Assembly (NCBI GenBank): GCA_041666845.1
Contig: JBAYGC010000003.1
Location: forward strand, 25,007 to 89,006
Length of the DNA: 64,000 bases
Reading direction: 5' to 3'
Source: Patescibacteria group bacterium
Lineage (GTDB): Bacteria; Patescibacteriota; Patescibacteriia; UM-FILTER-42-10
In this document: positions 1 to 7,932 of the stretch, piece by piece
Layout: every line of letters starts with the position of its first letter
Numbering within the stretch: position 1 is the stretch's first letter
Position numbers and translations under genes: made by a program
The notes under the pieces: model-generated
The model's input: only the letters and a program-made list of their open reading frames with translations
What the model was told of the DNA's origin: nothing
The model's database searches: none

Positions 1-39
1 TACGAGGTTCGTTTCAAACTAAAATAAAATCGTTTGTAT

Positions 40-429
40 TTAATTAATCTCTAATCCCCTTTTCAGATTATCTAAAATTCTAAATATCATTTCAATAAAC
101 TTTGTATCTTTGCTATAATGCTGTGCAATATGTGGATAATATCTTGCATTACGACTTTTGTCTTTCAAACTTTTATAATTCTTATATATTACTGGTTTAC
201 TACTAAAACTACTGGCGATCTCCTTTTCAAATTGCATATAATTACTACAAATCTCTTTTCCAGGTGGCAATTTGGAATATATATAATGAAGTGCTGAATA
301 GAAAGAAATTGTAACAACCCAATCTAATTGGTTTGATCCAATAGTCACCAATGCATTAGCTAGACGTTCATTATGTCTTGCCTGAACAAGATGTTCATCT
401 GGTGTAAATGGATGTAGCTTTGCAACCAT
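40..429 (-). CDS. HEPN-domain protein (putative toxin/RNase)
   Basis: Helical protein with DWVVTISFYSALH and SRNARY motifs typical of HEPN; very AT-rich. Confidence 0.65.
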   Translation of the reverse strand: MVAKLHPFTPDEHLVQARHNERLANALVTIGSNQLDWVVTISFYSALHYIYSKLPPGKEICSNYMQFEKEIASSFSSKPVIYKNYKSLKDKSRNARYYPHIAQHYSKDTKFIEMIFRILDNLKRGLEIN

Positions 430-431
430 AT

Positions 432-722
432 TTACGCTGGCTTATATATAGTATAGTTACTTGGAACAATACTCTTAATTGGAAATTTGAATATTGGTGA
501 CAGTTTAAATTTAATATTATAAAGGGGATATTTCTTTATTGTTTTAAACTCTGCAGTGTAAATCTTATCCTCCAATTTTTCATCATAATCATCTATTAAT
601 GTAAATATTTCTATTGTATTAAAATCTATCTTATAATAAATACGAGGTCTTTTTGACCTAACAATATTACCAGAAATCTGGGTATAAAAATCTTTTAGAA
701 TTCTATTATTTTCCTCAGACAT
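432..722 (-). CDS. Hypothetical protein, putative partner (MNT-like antitoxin) of the HEPN gene
   Basis: 2-bp gap to HEPN ORF, same low GC; no clear GSxxxG motif, so assignment is by context. Confidence 0.4.
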   Translation of the reverse strand: MSEENNRILKDFYTQISGNIVRSKRPRIYYKIDFNTIEIFTLIDDYDEKLEDKIYTAEFKTIKKYPLYNIKFKLSPIFKFPIKSIVPSNYTIYKPA

Positions 723-813
723 AATTACCTCATACTCATTATACCATTAATAACTATCCACTTTATCCACAATCAAGTTATTTGTCAAATCATCCACCCT
801 AACACACATTTAT

Positions 814-1215
814 TTACTTGTTAACTTCCCTCTTCCACAAAACAGGGCCGATGGCGACACCGATAAATATCAAGTAAGCGCTCCACTGCCCGAACACCAC
901 CCCGGTCGTGCCGTTGCCGATCGTCACAACTAGTAGCATCACGACAATCATTAAAGACCAGATGATGCCGTAAGTCAGCGCGTGCCTGGCGGTTTCAATC
1001 GGCATTTTCCGGGAAACCCAGCCGGAGCAGAAAGTCATGGCGACAGCGATTACCAGTCCGACCCACCATGAATTTTCAAACGGCGTTTCCGACTGAGTGA
1101 TCATGGACATGATAAACAGCAGGACATTCACCAGAACATACAGTAATAATCCCCAGCCGAAAATTCTAAGAAATATTTTTCTGCGCATAGATATAGAGTT
1201 TAGTTGATTAATCAC
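814..1215 (-). CDS. Small 4-TM membrane protein
   Basis: Four hydrophobic segments; start may be the internal MRRK. Confidence 0.7.
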   Translation of the reverse strand: MINQLNSISMRRKIFLRIFGWGLLLYVLVNVLLFIMSMITQSETPFENSWWVGLVIAVAMTFCSGWVSRKMPIETARHALTYGIIWSLMIVVMLLVVTIGNGTTGVVFGQWSAYLIFIGVAIGPVLWKREVNK

Positions 1216-1372
1216 CTATTCCCCTATCTATGCTAATCATACGCCTAAATTGCCGAAAAAGAAAAATCTATCCAATTTGCCAAACCAAAAACCCAGCTAT
1301 TGCTGAAGTATCGGGACTCCTTCACCCGTATTCACGGGTTCGGAGTGGTTGCCGTTATTTTAGGGTTGCTGT

Positions 1373-1795
1373 TTATTTCAGTTCTTCCAGATAAGTTTTA
1401 ATAAAATTAGCGGTAGCCGTAATTGTTTCTGCTTTTGCCCCGCGCGGACTTTGTGCCACCCACATGGCAAAATTGTACAGTTCCGTATTATCCACCTTCA
1501 GCCACCTGTTGTTCATAAATAAGAAAGCCATCAATATTGTCATCGCTATTCTTTTATTGCCGTTTCTAAACGGATGATTCTTGATCAGTAAATAAAAAAG
1601 TACCGCCGCTTGCGTATTGATTCCTTTGTATAACGGCCTTTTGTTATATGTCTGAAAAGGCGTCTCCAAACAGCTCTCCAGGATATTGGGAAATCTGGTG
1701 GAAAATGCGGGTATCGGTTCATCATATGCCATCATTTCCTTCGCCAGTCTATAGGCGAGGTACTCTATTTCCATTAATGACAGTGTTTTGGTCAT
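1373..1795 (-). CDS. Fic/Doc family toxin
   Basis: HPFRNGNKR Fic motif. Confidence 0.9.
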   Translation of the reverse strand: MTKTLSLMEIEYLAYRLAKEMMAYDEPIPAFSTRFPNILESCLETPFQTYNKRPLYKGINTQAAVLFYLLIKNHPFRNGNKRIAMTILMAFLFMNNRWLKVDNTELYNFAMWVAQSPRGAKAETITATANFIKTYLEELK

Positions 1796-2046
1796 GTGTT
1801 ACCAAGTAATCTTAATGTTTCACCATACTCTTTCACAACCTTCTTTACCGCTTTATTCACAACATCCTTTTCACTATCCTCTAAAGTATCTTTGAATACA
1901 CCCTTGAACTGATTTCTGCTTACCACAAAATTCCGGCCGATTTTTTCGGCCTTTATTTCACCCCTTTTGATCCGATTAAATACAGCTACCCGGCTAATCC
2001 CGAGCATTTCCGCAACTTCAGTAGTAGATAATAAGTCTTTATTCAT
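1792..2046 (-). CDS. Excisionase-like HTH DNA-binding protein (putative antitoxin)
   Basis: LLSTTEVAEMLGISRVAVFNRIKRGEIKAEKIGRNF; 4-bp overlap with Fic gene. Confidence 0.8.
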   Translation of the reverse strand: MNKDLLSTTEVAEMLGISRVAVFNRIKRGEIKAEKIGRNFVVSRNQFKGVFKDTLEDSEKDVVNKAVKKVVKEYGETLRLLGNT

Positions 2047-2080
2047 AATATAATTTATTATTGTTAACTTAATAATATAA

Positions 2081-2109
2081 TGTTAACATATGTTAATATT
2101 ATAGTCAAT
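2081..2109 (-). promoter_or_regulatory. Sigma70-like promoter with palindromic operator for HTH-Fic operon
   Basis: TTGACT-17-TAACAT on minus strand; perfect palindrome TTAACATATGTTAA at 2083-2096. Confidence 0.5.
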
Positions 2110-2189
2110 AGTTATCAATAATCTATACTCCCCCAAACCAAAAACCCATCCCGCGGACGCGGGACGGGCATTGGCTTATTTCTTAATAG

Positions 2190-2218
2190 AAAAACACCCC
2201 TCGTAAGGGGCGTCTTCC
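2190..2218 (-). terminator. Intrinsic terminator after rplL
   Basis: GACGCCCCT-TACG-AGGGGTGTT stem followed by T-run on minus strand. Confidence 0.55.
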
Positions 2219-2271
2219 TTAGTTCTAAAAAGAGCAAACAATATAATATTAATTTCCGAGTTTCAGATATT

Positions 2272-2367
2272 CCCTGAGCGAATCCCGTTCCCCGATCAAG
2301 TCGAGGACAAGTTTTGCGGGATGAGTCGAAGGGTGTAAACACTACAGTCCTTCGACGAGCTCAGGAC
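2272..2367. repeat. REP-like inverted pair (CCTGAGCG..GTCGAAGG / CCTTCGAC..CTCAGG) with nested hairpins
   Basis: Same framework at 3460-3542 and 13707-13803. Confidence 0.7.
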
Positions 2368-2394
2368 ATATTACCTTTTCCCCAGTGACAGTAT

Positions 2395-2838
2395 CTATTT
2401 TAATGTTGCTGTTCCGCCAGCTGCTTCAATCTTCTTCTTGATTTCTTCTGCTTCTTCCTTTGGTACGCCTTCTTTAATAACCTTTGGCGCGCCGTCAACT
2501 AGATCCTTGGCTTCTTTCAAGCCTTTTTCTGTAACTTCTCTTACTACTTTGATTACGTTGATTTTGCTGTCACCGGTTGTGGTCAGTTCCACATCAAATG
2601 AAGATTTCTCTTCTGCTGCTTCGCCGGCTTCGGCTGCTGGCATTGCTCCCATCATCATTGGAGCGGCTGCGGATACGCCGAATTTCTCTTCCAGGATTTT
2701 GACCAGTTCGGCCAGATCCAGAGCAGTCATCTGCTCTACTTCTTCCACGAGTTTTTTAAACTTCGCAGGAACCTCTACTGCTTTTTTCTCTCCTGAAGCT
2801 GCCTCTGCTGGAGCTTCTTTCTTTACTTCTTCTGTCAT
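2395..2838 (-). CDS. rplL: 50S ribosomal protein L7/L12
   Basis: [25 protein letters not shown]; N-terminal extension. Confidence 0.98.
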   Translation of the reverse strand: MTEEVKKEAPAEAASGEKKAVEVPAKFKKLVEEVEQMTALDLAELVKILEEKFGVSAAAPMMMGAMPAAEAGEAAEEKSSFDVELTTTGDSKINVIKVVREVTEKGLKEAKDLVDGAPKVIKEGVPKEEAEEIKKKIEAAGGTATLK

Positions 2839-2888
2839 TTTTTTATTCCTTAATTAATGGCTTATTAAATAAATTGATTGATTACCAT

Positions 2889-2914
2889 GGATTCCCGCCT
2901 TCGCGGGAATGACA
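2889..2914. repeat. REP-like palindrome GGATTCCCGCCTTCGCGGGAATGACA
   Basis: Hairpin related to the GTCATTCC..GGAATC units at 4448-4514. Confidence 0.7.
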
Positions 2915-2919
2915 TTTTA

Positions 2920-3444
2920 TTATGCTTTTTGCTCTTTAATGGCGTTTAGCGCATAGATGAACCCGCGCATATTGCCCTGCAGAACATTGACGATACCGAC
3001 CAGCGGTGCACGCAGACTACCGACGACCTGTGCCAATAGCTGTTCACGGCTCGGCAGGTTCGCCAGTTCCATTACTTTCGCCTGTTCTATATAACTGCCT
3101 TCCAGTATTCCGCCCAGGATCTGCAAAGTAACATTGTCTTTTTGGAATTTCTTCAGGATTCTGGCTGGAGCGACTTCGTCTTTGAAACCCATTGCAACTG
3201 CAATCTGCCCGTCCAAACCTTTGATATCCATTCCCTCAAGCTTCACTTCATCCAAAGCCCGCTTGATCAGGGTCTTTTTCGCGACATTGCATTCTACTTC
3301 TTCATCGCGGAGCAGTTGGCGCAAGTTTTCGAAACTCTTTACGTTTAAACCGGAATAGTTAATAAAAACAGCGGATTTCATTCCCGAAAGCCTCTCTACC
3401 AGTGTTTTTACTATTTCTTCCTTTTGTACTCGTGTTTTAGGCAT
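2920..3444 (-). CDS. rplJ: 50S ribosomal protein L10
   Basis: VAKKTL, LANLPSREQLLA motifs; upstream of rplL. Confidence 0.98.
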   Translation of the reverse strand: MPKTRVQKEEIVKTLVERLSGMKSAVFINYSGLNVKSFENLRQLLRDEEVECNVAKKTLIKRALDEVKLEGMDIKGLDGQIAVAMGFKDEVAPARILKKFQKDNVTLQILGGILEGSYIEQAKVMELANLPSREQLLAQVVGSLRAPLVGIVNVLQGNMRGFIYALNAIKEQKA

Positions 3445-3459
3445 GTTTTTTTCATTATT

Positions 3460-3542
3460 CCCTGAGTGAAGTACCGCGCAAGCGGTACGTAATCGAAGGG
3501 TCTGGATTTTAATGTCCTTCGACTCACTTCGTTCGCTCAGGA
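3460..3542. repeat. REP-like inverted pair inside the rplJ leader
   Basis: CCCTGAGTGAA[GTACCGC GCAA GCGGTAC]..TCGAAGGG and CCTTCGAC..GCTCAGG. Confidence 0.7.
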
Positions 3543-3561
3543 ACTATTCATAATTAAAAAA

Positions 3562-3650
3562 TCTGCGGTAATCACCACAGAAAAACAGCTTGTTTTGTAC
3601 CTCGGTAGGATTTACGGCCATTTTTGTGGCCACCTACTGTCTGTGGCGAT
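3562..3650 (-). promoter_or_regulatory. L10 leader RNA (autoregulatory)
   Basis: CCACAGACAGUAGGU..hairpin..UAAAUCCUACCGAGG..CUGUGG on minus strand upstream of rplJ matches the L10_leader pattern. Confidence 0.8.
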
Positions 3651-3711
3651 ATTTAGTTGTAATTCCCAGTTTACACTCTTAAAATAAATCGTCAAGTACC
3701 AATCAGGAAAT

Positions 3712-4395
3712 TTACCCGATTACCGTACCGGAAAACGGCTTTTTCTGCAAAAATCGTTTAAAGTTAGCCAAATTAGTGCCTTTCATCACCACCACCCGGA
3801 TCCCCGCTTTTTCTGCCCTCTTGGCAGCTACGGGATCAAACGGGGCGTTCATTCCCGGTACATATTTACCCCCGATTACTTTTTTGAACTCCTGCCAGGT
3901 CATCACTCCGATTCGCTTAGCGTCTTTGTATTTCCGGGGATCTTTGTCATAAACATGGGAAATATTGGAAAGATTGACCACGGTCTTGGCACCATACTGT
4001 TCCGCCAGAATCACCGCATCCAGATCGGAAGATGAGCCGGGTACATAGCCGGAGCCGATGATTATTTTCTTTTTGGTATTAATTTTCCGGTGGGGATTAT
4101 CTAATACTTTTTCGTAAGCCAGCGTGCCGAAGATTACCCTGATTAGTTCTGCATTCAACTTCGTGGCGGAGATTCCCAGCCAGTCCAGATTATCAGGAGA
4201 TACTTTAGTAACCTTTTCCGCGGCGGCGTTATATTTCCGGCAGACCTTCCCTCCTCCGGCTACAATAACGATCTTGGAATACTTGCTTTGATTTTTAATA
4301 ATCAGCTCACGGAATTTTTTCAGGAATACCCAGTTCACTTCATCAGGAACTATGATTGATCCGCCCAGGGAGATTATGACTGATTTTTTTTTCAT
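3712..4395 (-). CDS. pyrH: UMP kinase, archaeal-type
   Basis: ISLGGS, VAGGG, SSDLDAV, VYDKDP, PFDPVAA. Confidence 0.9.
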   Translation of the reverse strand: MKKKSVIISLGGSIIVPDEVNWVFLKKFRELIIKNQSKYSKIVIVAGGGKVCRKYNAAAEKVTKVSPDNLDWLGISATKLNAELIRVIFGTLAYEKVLDNPHRKINTKKKIIIGSGYVPGSSSDLDAVILAEQYGAKTVVNLSNISHVYDKDPRKYKDAKRIGVMTWQEFKKVIGGKYVPGMNAPFDPVAAKRAEKAGIRVVVMKGTNLANFKRFLQKKPFSGTVIG

Positions 4396-4419
4396 AATTG
4401 TGTTTTTTAATTCATGGCA

Positions 4420-4543
4420 ACTCTAAACAAATTCATCATTATTTACTTGTCATTCCGTACTTGATACGGAATCTAGTTGGAATGTAGATTCCCGGGTCAA
4501 GCCCGAGAATGACATTTTTGGGAAAACCGAATTTGTTTAGAGT
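4420..4543. repeat. MITE/REPIN-like element: 15-bp perfect terminal IR enclosing a REP doublet
   Basis: ACTCTAAACAAATTC (4420-4434) and its reverse complement (4529-4543); inner TGTCATTCC..GAATGACA at 4448-4514. Confidence 0.7.
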
Positions 4544-4551
4544 AATGTTAA

Positions 4552-5601
4552 TCAATCTAAATATTTTGCTTTATTTTGCAGATGCTCGTCATAGGTCTTG
4601 CTGAATACTGTGGTGCCATCTTCTTTGGTTAAGAAATATAAATAGTCGCTGTCCTCTGGATAAATGGTAGCCACGATCGAATCCATCCCCGGATTGGAAA
4701 TCGGTCCCGGTGGCAGTCCCCGGTTCTCGTAAGTGTTGTATGGATTTTGAATTTCCGTATCGGCAAAAGTCGGTTGCAATGCACTTTTGCCCGTAATGTA
4801 GTTTACCGTCGCATCAGACTCCAGCGGAATTTCGTTTGCCATGCGCGTATAAAATATTCCGGCTGCTATTTTCTTATCCGCGGTCGTGCGCACTTCTTTT
4901 TCCACGATACTGGCTAAAGTAATAATATCATAAATAGTTTTTCCCTGACGTGAAATTTCGTCCCGCATCTCCTGTGTGAGCTTCACATCAAAGTTGTCCA
5001 GCATTTTTTCGATCAGGTGCGCCGGGTCAGAGTTTTTAAAAATACGGTAAGTGTCCGGAAAGAGAAATCCCTCCAGCCCCTGATCCACCGGCTTGCTCGA
5101 AAGGAAGTCGTAGGTTTTGTCCGGAATGATTGAATGTGAATCAACAGTATTCACGACCGTTAAAAATTCATCAATATATTCGCTTTTGGATATTTTTCCG
5201 TCAGCCTCGGCAAAATCCGCCATGTATGTCGCAATCTCGGTACTGGACCAGCCTTCCACAATTGTTACCAGTCGTTCCCTGGACAGTGCGTCGCCGGACA
5301 CCAGCAGATTTGCCAGCTCCATCATGTTCAGATTCTGCGGAATATAATAATCCCCTGCCTTCAACTTGCTTTCATAATGTTTGAGCCAGATATAAGTGCG
5401 GAATATAAAATCATTTCTGCTCAGACCCTCCGTCTCCAGATTAGCACTGATTTTTTTTACACCTTCGCCGGATTCAATGATAAAAAGTTTTGCCTCAGCA
5501 TCGCTGGTTGCTTTGGCATTGATCTGATAATTAAAATAAAACAAGCCGGCCAAGCCGATAAGTATTATGATGCTGATAATAAAGAGTACAATTTTTTTCA
5601 T
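4552..5601 (-). CDS. mltG: Endolytic transglycosylase MltG (YceG)
   Basis: LEGFLFPDTY, LASIVEKE, PYNTY..GLPPGPISNPG. Confidence 0.95.
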   Translation of the reverse strand: MKKIVLFIISIIILIGLAGLFYFNYQINAKATSDAEAKLFIIESGEGVKKISANLETEGLSRNDFIFRTYIWLKHYESKLKAGDYYIPQNLNMMELANLLVSGDALSRERLVTIVEGWSSTEIATYMADFAEADGKISKSEYIDEFLTVVNTVDSHSIIPDKTYDFLSSKPVDQGLEGFLFPDTYRIFKNSDPAHLIEKMLDNFDVKLTQEMRDEISRQGKTIYDIITLASIVEKEVRTTADKKIAAGIFYTRMANEIPLESDATVNYITGKSALQPTFADTEIQNPYNTYENRGLPPGPISNPGMDSIVATIYPEDSDYLYFLTKEDGTTVFSKTYDEHLQNKAKYLD

Positions 5602-5679
5602 CCCGTTAGAAATTCCTGTATTTAGTAATAAAATATATTCCCGTATCCCACCCGTTAGTAATGATAATTTCTAACGGGA
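5601..5679. mobile_element. Miniature inverted-repeat element at the mltG start codon
   Basis: TCCCGTTAGAAATT..AATTTCTAACGGGA flanked by TGAA direct repeat (minus strand). Confidence 0.65.
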
Positions 5680-5729
5680 TTCATCCGATATTAATTTCTA
5701 GATTAATTATAAATGATATTCTCTAACGT

Positions 5730-6818
5730 TTATAGGTATTTTTCGTTCTCTTTGTTCTTCTGCAATTCTTCTACAATCTTCTTCGCTTCATCCGACCGTT
5801 CTCTGGGGCACACCAGCAGTGCGTCATCCGTATCAATAATCACCATGTCATCCAGACCAATGGTGGCAATAACTTTATCTTTATTTCCGTAGATCATGCA
5901 GTCGGTAGTGTCCATGGGTATTACATTTCCTTTTACTAAATTGTCACCCTGATTGTTTGGTAATAGATCTTTGATCGTATGCCATTTGCCCAGATCGCTC
6001 CAGCCGATTCGATTGGAAACACACATCGCTATTTTTTCTGCCTTGTCGGTGATGGCAGTTTCGATCGACATTTTTTCCAGCGCAGAATATATTTCAGCAA
6101 TCTTCTCTTCCTGTCCACCAAGTTTCAAAAGCTCCACAATCTCCCGGCACGCTTCCAGTATTGCCGGCTGGTATTTTTCAAATAATTTAATAATTGTTGA
6201 GAGTTGCCAGATGTACATGCCGGTGTGGTAGAAGTAACGGCCGGAAGCAATCAGCTCTTTGCAATAATCCAGATCCGGCTTCTCCACCCAGTCCGCAACT
6301 TTAAATATCGCTTCTTCCCCTTTTTCCTGCAGTACGTCTCCGGATTTAATATAACTGTATCCGGTGTCCGGGTAGTTCGGTTTGATCCCCGGCGTCATAA
6401 TGTATTCCGGATTTTCTTTCAGGAAAATTTCCGCGGTCTGAAGCAAAGTTCGGAAAGCTTCCGGGTCGGTGATGTAATCATCAGACGGCAAACTGGCGAC
6501 TACTTCATGATCCGAAAACCGCTCCGCGATCAGAACGCTCTCCAGACAAATCGCCGGTCCAGTATTCTTGCTGGCGGATTCCGGAATAATATTTTTTTCG
6601 GAAACATTCGGCAAATATTTTTTTACCAGATGCTTCACCGATTCATTGACTGAAATAAAAAGATCGTCCTCAATATTTATTAAAGGGGCGATTCTGTCTT
6701 GTGTGTCCTGAATTAAAGCTTTGTCGCTGGCGATTGCCTGAAACTGTTTCGGATTATTTTTTCTGCTGAGAGGCCACAGCCTGGTACCTACTCCGCCGGC
6801 GCGAATAACTATCTTCAT
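5730..6818 (-). CDS. manC: Mannose-1-phosphate guanylyltransferase
   Basis: AGGVGTRLWPLSRKNNPKQF, KNTGPAI, WVEKP, GWSDLG. Confidence 0.9.
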   Translation of the reverse strand: MKIVIRAGGVGTRLWPLSRKNNPKQFQAIASDKALIQDTQDRIAPLINIEDDLFISVNESVKHLVKKYLPNVSEKNIIPESASKNTGPAICLESVLIAERFSDHEVVASLPSDDYITDPEAFRTLLQTAEIFLKENPEYIMTPGIKPNYPDTGYSYIKSGDVLQEKGEEAIFKVADWVEKPDLDYCKELIASGRYFYHTGMYIWQLSTIIKLFEKYQPAILEACREIVELLKLGGQEEKIAEIYSALEKMSIETAITDKAEKIAMCVSNRIGWSDLGKWHTIKDLLPNNQGDNLVKGNVIPMDTTDCMIYGNKDKVIATIGLDDMVIIDTDDALLVCPRERSDEAKKIVEELQKNKENEKYL

Positions 6819-6856
6819 GTGATTAGTTTAATTAGCAGTGAATAATTATTATTAAT

Positions 6857-6980
6857 AAATTCTAAACCCTAAGCCCTAAATCCTAAATAAATTACAAACG
6901 GTATTGCTTTTCTCGATTTGTAAATTGCGATTTGAAATTTTGGATATTATTTGGAGTTTAGAATTTAGGATTTAGAATTT
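6857..6980. repeat. Inverted arrays of 7-bp repeats (AAATTCT/AAACCCT/AAATCCT vs AGAATTT/AGGATTT)
   Basis: About 4 heptamers on the left, 3 complementary heptamers on the right. Confidence 0.75.
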
Positions 6981-6989
6981 TTCAAAACA

Positions 6990-7616
6990 TTATCCTTCTC
7001 TATCAGAGATCAGCGGTACAAACTGGAAACCGGGATAACTTTTGGTTTTGATTTTATCCGGCGCCTGTTTTTCCACCACCACGATATCCTGCACGGCATC
7101 GCCGATCGGAATTACCAGTTTACCACCCACCTTCAATTGGTCAATCAGTGCCTGCGGAATTTCCCGCGCTGCCGCCGCCACGATTATTTTGTCATAAGGC
7201 GCGTATGCCCTCAGACCCTTCGACCCGTCACCGTACGTATGGGTGATATTGATAAATTTATATTTCTTAAGATTCTCTTCCCCGAATTTTTTCAGTTCTT
7301 CAATTCGCTCAATGGCGTACACGTGCCCCTGATCACCGACTATTTCAGCCAGTAGTGCGGTCTGCCAGCCGGACCCGGAACCCACATCCAGTATCCTTTC
7401 TCCTGCTTCCGGCTCCAAAACCTCCAACATAAAAGCCACCGTCATCGGCTGGGAGTTGGTTTGTCCATGCCCGATATGCAAAGGGGCGTTAACCGCCTCC
7501 TTGTCTTTCATGTTTTCCGGCAGAAAATCACGTCTTTTTACCCTATAAAAGGCATTAATTATCTCGGGATTACGCAAATAGCCCTGTCCAATCAGGTCTT
7601 TTACCAGGTTCTCCAT
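6990..7616 (-). CDS. pcm: Protein-L-isoaspartate O-methyltransferase
   Basis: IGHGQTNSQP, LDVGSGSGW, APYDKIIVAAA; start chosen at MENLVK. Confidence 0.93.
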   Translation of the reverse strand: MENLVKDLIGQGYLRNPEIINAFYRVKRRDFLPENMKDKEAVNAPLHIGHGQTNSQPMTVAFMLEVLEPEAGERILDVGSGSGWQTALLAEIVGDQGHVYAIERIEELKKFGEENLKKYKFINITHTYGDGSKGLRAYAPYDKIIVAAAAREIPQALIDQLKVGGKLVIPIGDAVQDIVVVEKQAPDKIKTKSYPGFQFVPLISDREG

Positions 7617-7772
7617 GGTTGTTTTATGCATGAATATCATATTCATATGTATGCTTAGTTTATCATCTTTTCGTGAAAAATAGAAATAAAAGAAAAAGTT
7701 ATCCACAGGTCATCAATATTGGCTAATATATAGTTAAAATTAGCTATATTTATCCAGATCAAATCGATTATG

Positions 7773-7834
7773 TTGACATTTTATATATGTTGTGCCATAA
7801 TCTATTGACAAATTTTGTAATTGTGCTATATATA
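7773..7834 (+). promoter_or_regulatory. Tandem sigma70-like promoters for surface protein 1
   Basis: TTGACA-17-CATAAT (7773-7801, extended TG) and TTGACA at 7805 followed by TGCTATAT. Confidence 0.6.
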
Positions 7835-7932
7835 GCATGTTACTAAAAATATAAAACTCTGCCTGGCGACCGCTAGAAGTTACCGGCAGTACTTGAAAAA
7901 TAAATAATCTAATCATTAGCACTAACCACACA

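Noticed and set aside
2115-2342. 75-aa ORF
   Set aside because: Made of REP and terminator sequence
754-7707. DnaA boxes TTATCCACA at 763 and 7699 as an origin
   Set aside because: Isolated boxes, no cluster and no dnaA/dnaN nearby
7855-7895. CTGCC..GGCAG stem before protein 1 as a c-di-GMP riboswitch
   Set aside because: Conserved riboswitch nucleotides not recognisable; an Rfam search would be needed
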